Shown: positions 51,191-64,000 of the stretch, piece by piece | Layout of the letters: each line of letters starts with the position of its first letter | Position numbering within the stretch: the stretch's first letter is position 1 | NCBI GenBank assembly: GCA_038087875.1 | Contig: CM075988.1 | Span: forward strand, 13,082,001-13,146,000 | Source: Malacoraja senta | Lineage: Eukaryota | Direction: 5' to 3' | DNA length: 64,000 bases | Made by a program: the position numbers and the translations under genes | The notes under the pieces: generated by a model | Database searches by the model: none | Seen by the model: only the letters and a program-made list of their open reading frames with translations | Told to the model about the DNA's origin: nothing

Positions 51191-51464
51191 CCTGATTACT
51201 ATCAGTCTCTCACTCTTCTTCCCATCTGACTAAGAAGCTGAATCACATGGAAAGGTGTGATTCTGCTTCTGGCCACCCTTCTCTGCAGTTCTCCATCATC
51301 TCGCCAGTAAACAAAACAATAAAAAAAAATTGGTGAAGCCAAGGAGAACTCTATCAATGTTTGAGGGAGGACACAGCATGGGAACAACAGTGTTGTAAAT
51401 GTAGCCAGTGTGGATGAGAGCCTCGTCATCTACAGTGAAGAAGCCACCACTGCTGATTGTTGTG

Positions 51465-52022
51465 TCCTGGAGTCACCACTAGAGGGCTCTGTCTCAAAAT
51501 GAATGTTTCCTCAGGGAGGGTCCCTGTGGGATCTGCAGGGTTTGAGGGGAGTCATGTTTGACTTGTAATAAATACACTTCGGGTTCTGGACACCAAGTGT
51601 AGTTTGTGAATTATTTAGACCCTGAATACAACATCTGGCAACAAGTGTGGCTGATTTAACCCTCGCTGCCCCATCTCCATTCTTGGAAACTCCAGGAGAG
51701 CCTCCGGTACCATGGATACGCTGGTATGAAAGTTTCAAGACTTACCTGATCACAAGTGGCCTGGATGGCAAGGCCATTTTGGACATTCGCCCCCGAGCGA
51801 TTCTGCTGCATTGCCTCGGAACAGAGGGACAGCGAATCTTCGCGCAGCTCGGCAGTGCTGCAACAAGTGAGTACAGTACTGCTGTTAATGCACTGGGCAA
51901 ATATTTTGGCCCAAAGACAAGTGTGCTGAAAGAAAGATACTGGTTTCGCCAACGGTCACAGGGACAAGGCGAACCAGTGAAGCAATTTGCTTCTGCATTG
52001 ATAGCACTGGCTGCAAAGTGCA
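51465..52022 (+). mobile_element. Gypsy fragment (LTR, PBS, gag N-terminus) cut by a DIRS end
   Basis: LTR-like segment ending aatacaaca, PBS-like tctggcaac, gag PFLETPGEPPVPWIRW..AILLHCLGTEGQRIF..ERYWFRQRSQ. Confidence 0.8.
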
Positions 52023-52380
52023 ATTTTACTTCGGAGTCACGTGAGTGACTACGTGAAGAAGAGCCCGTCCAGCCACACATGCGTCATATCGTACAGACGC
52101 ATAGCGTGAGTGCCGATGTTTGGAGTGAGCAGAGCTCCTCCAAACCGGTAAGTAAAAAACCTGAAGGTAAGTTTTTACTTACGTTTTTCAGGTGATTTAA
52201 AAGACTTGTAGTAATAAAATACAAGTCATAATAAAGAAAATTGTGGAGGTGTACCGCAGAGTGCTCAGACAGACCGCGGGTCTGTGAGTAGCGGGCGACC
52301 TTTAAGAATTTTTTTTTAACGGTTACCGTTTAGCGCTATTAGATCGCATAGATAAGAGGTTGCCGTTAAAGTTTTAACAT
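52023..52380 (+). mobile_element. Second, truncated DIRS 5' end
   Basis: Same left-ITR sequence as at 52605, diverging after about 70 bp; interrupts a Gypsy gag. Confidence 0.8.
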
Positions 52381-52604
52381 TGTCCCTACATTTGTACACC
52401 ATTGCAGGTGAGAGCTTTGAAGGAGGCAGATATTCACAGGGAAACAGGCATGAAAATAAAGCTTGGAACCATGACATACTTAAGTCGATATATCATAGCA
52501 GCCATGAATTCATTGAGTTGTGAAACAGGAAAGAAGGGCCAAATGGCTCTACTTCTGAAATAAAACCAGTTAGTGCTGGGAATACTCAGCAAGTCAAGCA
52601 AGAG

Positions 52605-55600
52605 ATTTTACTTCGGAGTCACGTGAGTGACTACGTGAAGAAGACCCCGTCCAGCCGCACACGCATCATTATCGATCAGACGCATAGCGTTCATGACCGT
52701 GTGTGGAGGAGCAGGAGCTCCTCCAGCCGGTGAGTAAAACAAAAGTAAAGCAAAAGTCGGAAGGTAAGTGGGTTACTTTTCACTTACAGGAGCGTATCCT
52801 TCCCATTTAGACTTGTTGGTGGGGCTCCACACAAGTTTATTATGGAGAAATGGGAAGGAGAGGCGGCCAGGGACGCACCGTAGTAAAACCCCAGATCCTA
52901 AGGGTAGCGGGTATCAGTCAGGGGAGTCAGTGGCAGCGAAGCCATTAACTCCCGTTGTGGTCGAATGTGCGTTAAACCGCCGCGGGCGGGCGCAAGGCTA
53001 AAAAAAAAAAAAATTTTTTAAATCGGCCCGACCTGTAGACTCGGATGAGTCAGACCCGGAGGTATGCCCTCCTCAGGCAGGAAAGAGTATTACACTGCAA
53101 GGGTCAAAAACTTTAGAACTCCTTATGGGGCAGATGATTTGTAAAGAACCCCCACAGGAGGATTTAAGTCGGTGTTGGCCAATGAAGTATAGCACAGGAG
53201 GTGCCTTGGATGGGACAGGCACAAGGGTGGCCTACAGGAGAGCCATCAGTGCCTGTGCAGAAACATTAAAGAGGTTGGCCTACAGGAGGGCCAGTGCCCA
53301 AAAATGCCAGAAAAAAGGCAAGTTATGTGTTGGCCTATTGGAGAGCCAGTACTAGAAATGCCTGAACAAAAGGCAGCACAAACGTGCAATGACAAATGTG
53401 CCAGCACCGACAAATATAAAGAGTAAAAATAATGAAGCGTTGGCCTAGAATTGAGCCAGCGCCAGCAGCACCTGAAGCAGGGCTGCCTGTGGGTGGGCCT
53501 ACAAGAGAGCCCGCGCAGGGGGAATCTGGCAGAGACTTACCTGAAACAGGGGAGCCAGAAATTACCCAACATAAAAATGAATATCTAGATTTAGATGATG
53601 ATTTAAATGACCAGAGCCCATTATCAGAGCCAAAAATGTTCCAAGGCTGGCACAAAACTTTGCTGTTCCCAGAGTAACTGGGGAACCTTTGAGAGAGGAA
53701 ATAGCTATGACTATAAATTATCTACTCTCCCATCAGCCCCAGGAATTAACCATGGATGAGACTATCAAAAAATATGAGACCCGGGAAATTGTAGCAGTTA
53801 CAGCAGTGAATAACTTGATATGGGTAATTTGAGCAGTGGTTTACGCTCACAAGAATTGAAATTACACAAGTGCTGAAATTTCTGGGGTCAGTGGTTTGGA
53901 TGAAGATTATATATCGTATTCACAACAAAATGCCTTAGCACTCATGTGTAGTGCGCACTTTGAAATAAATTGTATTCATAAAAATGCAATAAGACCAAAT
54001 ATTCATCCTAAGTATGCAGGCTCTGCAAACCATCCAATATACAAATGCCTAAATCTGTTTTTGGAGAAAATCTAGCAAAGAAACTAAAGGATCACCTATG
54101 CTGAGGCGAAATGTGGTGCTGGAGAAGGAACAATCCTATCATTCTCGTATACACGTTGACGTGCTGCACCAAGGATACGTGGAGGTTACAATGTGCCTAC
54201 TAGAAGGGGACAACAACTGCCGGTGGCAAACCCCGAGGTTAGGGGGCTTGGTCTGGTAAGAAACACAACAAATGTTTCACACTCACAAATAGGGGGAAGG
54301 TTACGATTCTTCCTAAAAGAATGGCAATCAATAACAAATGATTCATTTATTCTATGTAGCATTGTAGGATTCAAAATTGAGTTCTCTCCACGTTTGGATC
54401 CTCCAATTCAGCATAATTCAAACTGGTCACGGATTTTTCTCAAAGGAAGAGAATGGGTTGATCAAAGGAGAATTGAAAAATTTTATGCAGAAAAGGATGA
54501 TATAAATGTCAGTAGAACAACACCATCAGTTTGTGTCAAATATTCTCCTAGAAAAAAAAAAAAAAAAAGGGATGGTGGACGTAGAATCTGACAAATCTTA
54601 ACCTTTATGTACAATAGAAACATTTCAAAATGGAAACATTTACTAATGCCATTTAGCTGGTCACAAATAATTGCTACAAGGCAAGCATAGATCTGCAAAA
54701 TGCATATTATTCTGTGGCAATGCATGGTAATGATCAAAGATATTTGATATTTAGACGATATTCTGATTGTAGGCACTTTGGTGCTGCAAAATTGTCATAT
54801 CCAGGGTCAAGTACATTTTTAAGAAAATGGGTTTCATTATTCACCTACAAAAATCTAAATTGTTACCAAGCAAGAAAATTGATTACCTAGGGTTCACAAT
54901 CAACTCAGAACACATGGTAATCACTTTGCCAAAAGAGAAAAGGCTGCAGTTAATTGAAGGTTGCATCAAACTCATAAACGAGGACACACCTTCAATTAGA
55001 GAAGTGGCAAGCTTGCTGGGCAAATTAATTGCTGGGTTTCCAGCTGTCAGGTTTGGACCATTGCATTATCAATGTTTACAGAGGGCTAAGGTACAATCAT
55101 TAAAAATGAATATAGGGCATTTTGACAGGCCCATGAAATTAACAATTAGATCCATTACTGAAATAGAATGGTGCATTAACAATGTCTCTAATGCTTCCAG
55201 AAAGGTTCTGGTAGAAACACCTTCCGTCACTCTACAGACGGATGTAAGTGCTCTTGGATGGAGCGCTACTAACATGATTTCCAGCTGTGGAGGTAGGTGG
55301 AATGTGAATGAAGTACCTTTGCTGGAAAATCAGGGGATCAATTACCTAGAGCTATTAGGAGCATTTTATGGCCTTAAAGCTTATTGCACTAATATGGGAA
55401 TGTGCATGTTCAGGTACAGGTTGACAATACTACAGCTGTAGCATACATAAATCACATGGGTCGTATCAAATCAGAATCATGTGATAGATTGGCAAATGAA
55501 ATTTGGACCTGGTGTATTGGCAGAAAAATTTGGCTGTCAGCAATATATTTACCAGAAAAATTTAACACAATTGCAGACAAAAGATCACGTAAATTAAATG

Positions 55601-58600
55601 ATAATACAGAATGGATGTTAAATCAGGAAATATTTACACAAATTGTAACACAATTTGGAATGCCAGAGATTGATTTGTTTGCATCAAGACTGAACCACCA
55701 ATTGCCTAAGTATGTGTCATGGGAACCTGATCCTGGTGCAGTAGCGGTGGATGCTTTCTCGCTACATTGGGGTGGTATGTTTTCTGTATGCATTTCCACC
55801 ATTTTGTTTTAATCCACAGATGCATACAGAAAATTAAACAAGACTCAGCCTCAGGGATTTTGGTAGTACCAGATTGGCCTACACAGCTATGGTACCCACT
55901 GGTGTTAAAATGATCCAAAAAAAACAAAACAAAAAAACAAACAAAAAACCTTATGGTTATTCCAAAGCAGATTAAACTGCTTGTACACCCTGTGACTAAT
56001 GAACCACATCCTTTACATGATTGTATTGGTTTGTTGATTTGCAGATTCTAAGAAGGCCATATCTTGGAAAAGGATTATCAGACCGTACGGTGGATGTTAT
56101 GACAGCAGCCTGGAGGAATAGTACCCAGAAGCAGTACATTTCCTATATAAAGAAATGGGAGGTGTTTTGTTCAGGAAAGAATATTGCATATAACACAGCA
56201 GAAATTTCAGATGTAATAGAGTTTCTTTAAACTCTATACTACAAATTAAAATTAAGTTATAGTGCAATCAATACTGCACAAAGTGTACTCTCTGCATATT
56301 TAAGCAGTGAATCAGAACAAAATCCAATAGGATCACATCCTTGGGTCTGTAGGTTTATGAAAGGAATTTTCAACTCCAATCCTCCTAGACCTAGGTATAC
56401 AGAAATCTGGAATGTAAAAGATGTACTGATGCTGCTGAGGATTGGAATCCCATTGAAACTCTGTCATTAGCCAAAAATCACCATGAAATTGGTTATGCTC
56501 ATGGCATTAGTTTCAGCTCAGAGAGTTCAATCATTACAGAAACTAAGAATTGACAGAATGAAGGTAGGGGCGAATGCCGTTACATTCTATGTCTATGATT
56601 TACTGAAGCAAAGTAGACCTGGGTTCATGGGATGTAAGTTGGAGTTTTTCAACATATCCTACAGATCCACGGCTATGTGTAGTAACATATGTGAAATGTT
56701 ACATAGAAACAACAAAAGTTTTAAGAGGCACCGAATTGGCATTTTTTATTAGTCATAAAAAGCCTCATAAGAAAGTGTCAACACAAACAATTTCACAATG
56801 GTTGAAACAGGTGTTGAGATATTTAGGTATTGATACTGATAAAATTAAATCTCATTCCACCAGGGCGGCATCAACATCAGCGGCCAGGGATTCAGACGTG
56901 CAATAGACCTTATTCTCGCGGCCGCAGGATGGGCAAGTGAACAGATGTTTCACAAGTATTACCATAAGGAGATTAAAGATCTCAGAGGGTTTGGTGATGC
57001 CGTGCTGGATACAATATTAAATCCCCCATTATAATAAATGGGCCTAATTTTGTTACTTTTATTAAAATAAATAAAACCATTAACTGATTACATTCAAATG
57101 TTGTGGTTATGCATTGTTGATTGTGCTTACTCAAATAGAGTCAATCGATGCAGTGAACACCTGGATTTGAATCCACGGTGTGAAATCACAGAGTTTTGAA
57201 ATCTTCACGTAGTCACTCACGTGACTCCGAAGTAAAATAGTAAGATTAAATGAGAACTTACCAGTTTGAAGTTTGATCTTTATTTTATGAGGAGTAACGT
57301 TGAGGGATTACGTGCCCTCCGCTCCCACCCTCATAAAAGGATCAAGAGTACTTAAGGAAGTAGCTCCAGAAATAGTGGATGCATTAGTAATAATCTTTCA
57401 AAATTCTTTAGATTCTGGAGTAGTTCCTGAGGATTGGCGGGTAGCAAACGTAACCCCACTTTTTAAGAAGGGAGGGAGAGAGAAAACGGGGAATTACAGA
57501 CCAGTTAGTCTAACATCGGTAGTGGGGAAACTGCTAGAGTCGGTTATTAAAGATGGGATAGCAGCACATTTGGAAAGTGGTGAAATCATTGGACAAAGTC
57601 AGCATGGATTTACGAAAGGTAAATCATGTCTGACGAATCTTATAGAATTTTTCGAGGATGTAACTAGTAGCGTGGATAGGGGAGAACCAGTGGATGTGGT
57701 GTATCTGGACTTCCAGAAGGCTTTCGACAAGGTCCCACATAAGAGATTAGTATACAAACTTAAAGCACATGGCATTGGGGGTTCAGTATTGATGTGGATA
57801 GAGAACTGGCTGGCAAACAGGAAGCAAAGAGTAGGAGTAAACGGGTCCTTTTCACAATGGCAGGCAGTGACTAGTGGGGTACCGCAAGGCTCAGTGCTGG
57901 GACCCCAGCTATTTACAATATATATTAATGACCTGGATGAGGGAATTGAAGGCAATATCTCCAAGTTTGCGGATGACACTAAGCTGGGGGGCAGTGTTAG
58001 CTGTGAGGAGGATGCTAGGAGACTGCAAGGTGACTTGGATAGGCTGGGTGAGTGGGCAAATGTTTGGCAGATGCAGTATAATGCGGATAAATGTGAGGTT
58101 ATCCATTTTGGTGGCAAAAACAGGAAAGCAGACTATTTTCTAAATGGTGGCCGACTAGGAAAAGGGGAGATGCAGCGAGACCTGGGTGTCATGGTACACC
58201 AGTCATTGAAAGTAGGCATGCAGGTGCAGCAGGCAGTGAAGAAAGCGAATGGTATGTTAGCTTTCATAGCAAAAGGATTTGAGTATAGGAGCAGGGAGGT
58301 TCTACTGCAGTTGTACAGGGTCTTGGTGAGACCACACCTGGAGTATTGCGTACAGTTTTGGTCTCCAAATCTGAGGAAGGACATTATTGCCATAGAGGGA
58401 GTGCAGAGAAGGTTCACCAGACTGATTCCTGGGATGTCAGGACTGTCTTATGAAGAAAGACTGGATAGACTTGGTTTATACTCACTAGAATTTAGGAGAT
58501 TGAGAGGGGATCTTATAGAAACTTACAAAATTCTTAAGGGGTTGGACAGGCTAGATGCAGGAAGATTGCTCCCGATGTTGGGGAAGTCCAGGACAAGGGG

Positions 58601-59102
58601 TCACAGCTTAAGGATAAGGGGGAAATCCTTTAAAACCGAGATGAGAAGAACTTTTTTCACACAGAGAGTGGTGAATCTCTGGAACTCTCTGCCACAGAGG
58701 GTAGTCGAGGCCAGTTCATTGGCTATATTTAAGAGGGAGCTAGATGTGGCCCTTGTGGCTAAAGGGATCAGAGGGTATGGAGAGAAGGCAGGTACGGGAT
58801 ACTGAGTTGGATGATCAGCCATGATCATATTGAATGGCGGTGCAGGCTCGAAGGGCCGAATGGCCTACTCCTGCACCTAATTTCTATGTTTCTATGTTTC
58901 TATGTAAGCTGGTAGTTCTAAGTCTTTATGCATCTTACTATCATACTTCAGTAATTATCGTCTGTGATTGTCACTCCGCTGCTTTGAAAGATTGACGCGT
59001 GTGCGGCTGGACGGGGTCTTCTTCACGTAATCTCTCAACGTTACTCCTCATAAATTAAAGATCAAACTTCAAACTGGTAAGTTCTCGTTTAATCTTACTA
59101 TT
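52605..59102 (+). mobile_element. DIRS1-like tyrosine-recombinase retrotransposon, degenerate ORFs
   Basis: Left ITR (ttttacttcggagtcacgtgagtgactacgtgaagaagaccccgtccagccgcacacg) is inverted at about 58995-59030. The internal complementary region at about 57200-57315 matches both termini. Remnants of RT/RNase H (54200-55440), an MT-like domain (DLFASRLNHQLPKYVSW, 55500-55900) and tyrosine recombinase (HSTRAASTSAA, 56020-57000). Confidence 0.93.
57335..58905 (+). mobile_element. 5'-truncated CR1 LINE (HER1-like) with uninterrupted RT ORF, inserted in the DIRS
   Basis: ORF to 58805 with YRPVSLTS, QHGF, YLDFQKAFDKV, GVPQGSVLGP, FADD; 3' UTR ending in (ttctatgt)n. Confidence 0.95.
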
Positions 59103-59612
59103 ATAGCCCTATCATGGTTACCAGTTCATAGACCTCTCAATCTCTTATAGATGACCTGTAGGTCACATTATTCCATGGACAGTTGACTATTGCATCATGA
59201 TATATTCCTCATTTTGTTGTGTATTCTTTATAAAGATTGTAAGTTATGACTAGAAATGATTTCACGAGTGAGATACATGTTGGCTGCATCAAAGTAAATC
59301 TTGACAGAATGTATGATATAATGTATAATGTATAATGGAACGATCCTCGAGGAAATGAGAGCAATCTAAAAGAGGCACAAAATGTTTCAAGTGCATTTTG
59401 TTTATTGAAAAGAAAGGCAAAAAGGTTGAATTCTCAGGAACATATGTTGGATAGTCAGTGGAATATGAATTTGGAGGGGGGGGGGTGTGGGGGGCAAAAT
59501 AAATGATGCTTTGAAAATAACCACAGCATTTTTTTCCATTTTATACTGTGGTGATTTCCTTGAAGGCAGACAAAGTTCTCAACTTCCTCTGAAAATAATT
59601 ACAGATGCTCCC
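59100..59612. repeat. Direct duplicate of 11091-11576
   Basis: Colinear match from attatagccctatcatgg to acagatgctccc. Confidence 0.95.
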
Positions 59613-60282
59613 TTCTGCAGTTCCTTCTTAAACATTTATTCACAGTATTTGTTTTGGATGTAGGCAGAGTGACATTTACAACCCATCCCTTGTTGCCACA
59701 GAGGAGCTGTAAATGTGCTGGAATGACTTTGCTCCATGTTGTGGAGATACTCCCAACAATGTTACTGAATTCAGTTTTGACCAAACTGCAGGCTGTCCAA
59801 TGTAAAGTAATCCTCTCCCCTCAGTCAGTTCCTCAAGATCAAATATGAGTTCATCCACTCTGGCTTTGAGGAAAGATGACCAACCTTCAACAAGCACAAC
59901 ATTCTCCATTATGACAGATATGACCACAGCCACAAAAGGATTCTCCTGATCATGCAGTGCCTTATGCCTTTGTGGCTGGAGACGACCATTTTGATGGAAG
60001 TCAAACTGAACATAAGTGAGTAAATTATTGGTAAGTACTAGGCATTTAACAATGCTTTTGGTGATTATGTTTGTCACTTTGCTTTGTAAGCTGATACGGG
60101 AATAATTGGCTTTGTTACTCAGCAACACAGCCCAGTATCTTCCCTTTGTATCTAACAGTTTCAGGATAATTAATGTCCTGGAACAAGTAACGATAAGGAA
60201 GTAAAGGATTTATTTGTCTGGGACAAATATTAAGCTGGAAACAAAGAAAACCGGGTAAATGTTATGGTTTCTCTTAATCGAA

Positions 60283-63200
60283 GGAAACAGACACAGGCCG
60301 TTGAATGCAAAGGAAGCTTGTTAGCCTTTGTAAACACTTCCAGCCAATGCAAGATAGACCTTATGGAACCATTTTAGTGAGAAGGAGCAGGGGGTGGGAG
60401 AGATCAGGAAAATGGTCAAACAAGTATACCAAATGTCAATTTCAAATATCAACGTCTGAACGTCTGTTGCAAGTACTTTTTAGCCAATCTGTGGTAATAA
60501 CTTCAAACACACATCAGCTCATTTAGATCCATCACCAATTGAGATTTTATTGGTTCTTGATATAAAGTTTTAAAAAAATTAACTAAAGCTATCCATGAAG
60601 AATAAGCCATCGCTTTATTACCTTTCAGCTGAGAGCACAAGCTCATGAGGAAATTATTTATTTGTGGGGGACCAAAAGATTGGGGTGAATGGAAAAGTTA
60701 CATTTAGCAAAGAAAATGAAATCCACTTGTTAACAAAAAATACACAAAGTGCTGGAGCACCCGAACAGGTCAGGTATCATCACTAGAGAAGATGGATAGG
60801 CAACATTTTGGGTGAGGACAATTCTCAGATTGCCGAGAAGGAGTTGGGGTGCCAGAGAACAAAGACTGTTCGATGTAACCAACAAAAGGGCAGGCATTGG
60901 TGGAGCCCATGCGAGTGCCCACAGCGACAAATTTAACTTGAAGAAAGTGTGACGAGTCAAAAAATAAGTAATTGAGAGTGAAAAGATTCTACCAGGTGGA
61001 GAAGAATGTTAGTAGAGGGAAACTGAATTGGGCTCTGTTCAAGGAAAAAGTGGAGGGCCATGGGACCTGGTGGGGGATGGAAGTGTAAAGAGAAATCCTC
61101 TTGTTCCTCAAGAAATACAGACTTGTTTCAGAGATACCCCAGGAAATTGGGTTTCTACAAGAGAGCATAGCAGAAAGATCTAACTGGCCTCTGTAAAACT
61201 ATATTGTGCTCAGAATTCGGAAGTAATTATGTTGTCTATTTGGCTATTAACATTTTCCGGAGAGTCACTTTTGGCCAATCTGCTTTGGTTCCTGTGTTGC
61301 TTTGAGTTCCTAATGAGAAAGAAAAATAGCAAAGTTGTGAGGAATAAGTTCCCAAATAAAACTGTGATGCTCAAATAAGAACCACCCAGGAATATAAATC
61401 CAGAGTGATTATTCTCAGCTTCTTCCTCAAACACACAACAAACTCTGTCACTCCACCCAATCCATTTACTTTTTTACTAAAATGCCTTAGGTTATTTTAC
61501 CAATTTGAACATCAGTACAAGCAAATTCTACTCGGTGTTTAATGAATTTTCAACTATAAAGAATGACAAAGACATGTCTGTATTCTAAGATTTATCTTCT
61601 GAAACTTCTTTCAAGTGATCCCTCAGGATCAATTTTGGACACCCTCTTTTCCACACTGTGATGATATCCAGTTAACCTTCCAAGATGTAGAGATGACACA
61701 ATCTCTAACTGCCTCCATTTTATCATTCTATTTATCTGCTATGCACTTCTGGCCAAGTTACTCCCAGTTTACCTCCAGTTTTCTCAGCGTGACCCGCATG
61801 TGTATATAAATGAAACATCGGAAGTTAAATGCAATTACAACATGCTTTAATTGCAATGGAATCTGAGTACAAAGATAGACACATTTGGTTCCAATTGCAT
61901 ACGAGTCTGGTGGGACTGCATCTGAAATATTATGTACTGGTCTGGATTCCCAATCCAAGAAAGGAATTTAAATGATGAAGAGAGAGTAGTTGATTCCTGG
62001 AATGGTGGCATTGTCATGAGGAGACATTAAGCAAACTGGGCCTATACCTATTATATTATATGTTGTACATGGTGATTGCATTGAGGCATTAAAAGTTATT
62101 ATCATGGGAAAGTGAGGATGATGTTTCCCAAGAAGAGCATGTTCGGAATCAGCATTTTCAGTTTCACAATAAGGAGGTCACCATTCTGGACAGGAAGGAG
62201 AACAAATTCCTCCACCTTGAGGATAGAGGTCTTTGGAATTCTTACCTGGGTGGAGGCTCAGTCAGTTGAGAGAGAGATGGGGAGATTTTTGTGGATTATA
62301 AGGGATATGCAGGAAAGTTGTATTGAGATAAAAGATCAAGTCAATGATCTTATTGAAGAGTTGAACAGGTGCAAGGGACCAATGGCCTGCATGTGTTCTT
62401 GTGTGATGTGCAGCTTGAATGTGAATGTTTGCAACTTTTGGTACATTTTCTGAATTCCATCTGCTGTCCATCATCAAGATCGTAAAAAAAATACTCGCTA
62501 TCTGCACCTGCCGCTGCTGACCTTAGCCCGTGACCTGACAAATCTCTCATCTGAATCATTTTTACTTTCAGATGGGGCTGTTGCAATGCTCTCTCTCCAG
62601 CCCCATAGGCTTCTCTCACCTGTGATTCAGCCAAACCATGGTGTTAAGCATTTTGTCTTACACTAAACCTTATTCCCTTTATTGTGTATCTATACACTGT
62701 GGATGGCTTGATAGTAATCATGTATTGTCTTTCTGCTCACTAGTTAGCTTTTCACTGTACCCTGAGTCGGAGTTTCAAAATTCCTCAAATCCACACTGCA
62801 GATATCTCCTTGTTGTTGTAAACTTGCTTCCTACTTAATGCATATTATTGGAGAAAAAATGTTCATCCATCATTTATATAAAAAGGATAAACGGCTATTT
62901 TAAGGCTTACCTCCATTTGCACAAGCAGTCCCGATCTATACAATAAAAAGAATTATACATTATTAGGGAAATTCTCCCATACGTGTTATTTTTTTCATCT
63001 GGAATCCGACTTTCATAATATAGAAAATTTGTTTTTATTCAATGCTTTGACACATTTGTTGATAGTCATAAAACATGGAAACATGCTCTTCAGCCCAACC
63101 TATCAATGCTGACCTAGATGTCCCATCAAGGTAGTCCCAATTGCCTGGCCCAGATTCCTCTAAACGTTTCCATCCTATGTACCTGTTCAAATGTTTTTGA

Positions 63201-63621
63201 AATGTTGCTATAAAATGCGTTTGGACAAGTACATGTGTGGTGATTTTTGTTTAAATTGATGCAATAACACCCCAGAATCTTTCACCTCCACAATCGTTCT
63301 GACTGCTGCTATTTGTATAACCTTGCTGATTGTTCCAAATTTTCAACAGGGAAATTCCATTTAAGAATCCTTCGTCTTAGCGATTTTTCAATGTCAAAAA
63401 GGAAAATATTAACTAAAGGTGAGAAAGTTAGGCATGATTTCACATGGGATATTTTGTAGCTCTTTGTGACTGGAGTGACCTGTTTAGAACTGGACATACC
63501 TTTACAACAGACATCGATATTAACTATTGTGTGCACCGTGACTACACTGTAAGATTCCCATGTTACCTTGCCCTTCAAAATCATTACTTGTCAATTTTTA
63601 TCCACTATTAAATTCCTTATT
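60283..63621. repeat. Segmental duplicate (direct) of 21980-25599
   Basis: Colinear high identity over about 3.3 kb; the 25106 MITE is absent from this copy. Confidence 0.97.
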
Positions 63622-64000
63622 CCCATGAAAGATCAGCTTGTTGATAATATTTCAATTTCCTTTTTTCAATCATAATTTTCTAGTTTAACACTCTGCATTT
63701 CAAAAATCAGCCCATTATCTGCAACTTTCTGCATCATTTATATTTAAGTTTACCATCAACCTTTCAAATTATCATTTAATTTGACAACTGTTCTACACTG
63801 TGTAGAATGCTCATCCATCATTTTTGTCGGACCATCTCTCTGATTATTGCATGTTGCCACACTCTATTCAACTGTAATAATGGAGCTGACCATCGTAGGA
63901 ATACTTTATTCCATAGGTATCGTACCTTGAATTATTTTGTCATTCAAATTATTTTACTTCAATAAATAATCACATCAAGTGGGGAATGTTTAGGAAAGAA

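Noticed and set aside
63640-63900. Possible degenerate V-set exon on the minus strand (LNIND..VADNGL..CRV)
   Set aside because: Needs at least two frameshifts, with no clear B-strand Cys, Trp or splice sites.

Overview
Elasmobranch genomic DNA, most likely skate/ray (inferred from HE1/V-SINE, CR1, Rex1 and Penelope-type repeats), densely filled with transposable elements and with one 200-N gap. The main host feature is a minus-strand immunoglobulin-superfamily receptor gene, read by hand as phase-compatible exons: candidate split leader (43090-43099, 40580-40648), a germline-joined VJ-type V domain (39240-39587), a C1 domain (36387-36713), a C2/I domain (27700-28020) and a TM exon with a membrane-proximal Arg (25611-25700). 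Its cytoplasmic exons are unresolved. The locus is heavily rearranged: a pseudogenised tandem V cassette, a Gmr1-order Gypsy whose two LTRs are each followed by the same ~605 bp of host DNA including an exon end, a segmental duplicate of the 3' introns at 59-63.6 kb, and an inverted copy of the putative 5' region. Other elements: a structurally complete but degenerate DIRS retrotransposon carrying a young CR1 insert, an L1 nested in a Harbinger-type MITE, three further MITEs with the same TIR, and many short Penelope-derived repeats carrying minimal hammerhead-ribozyme motifs.
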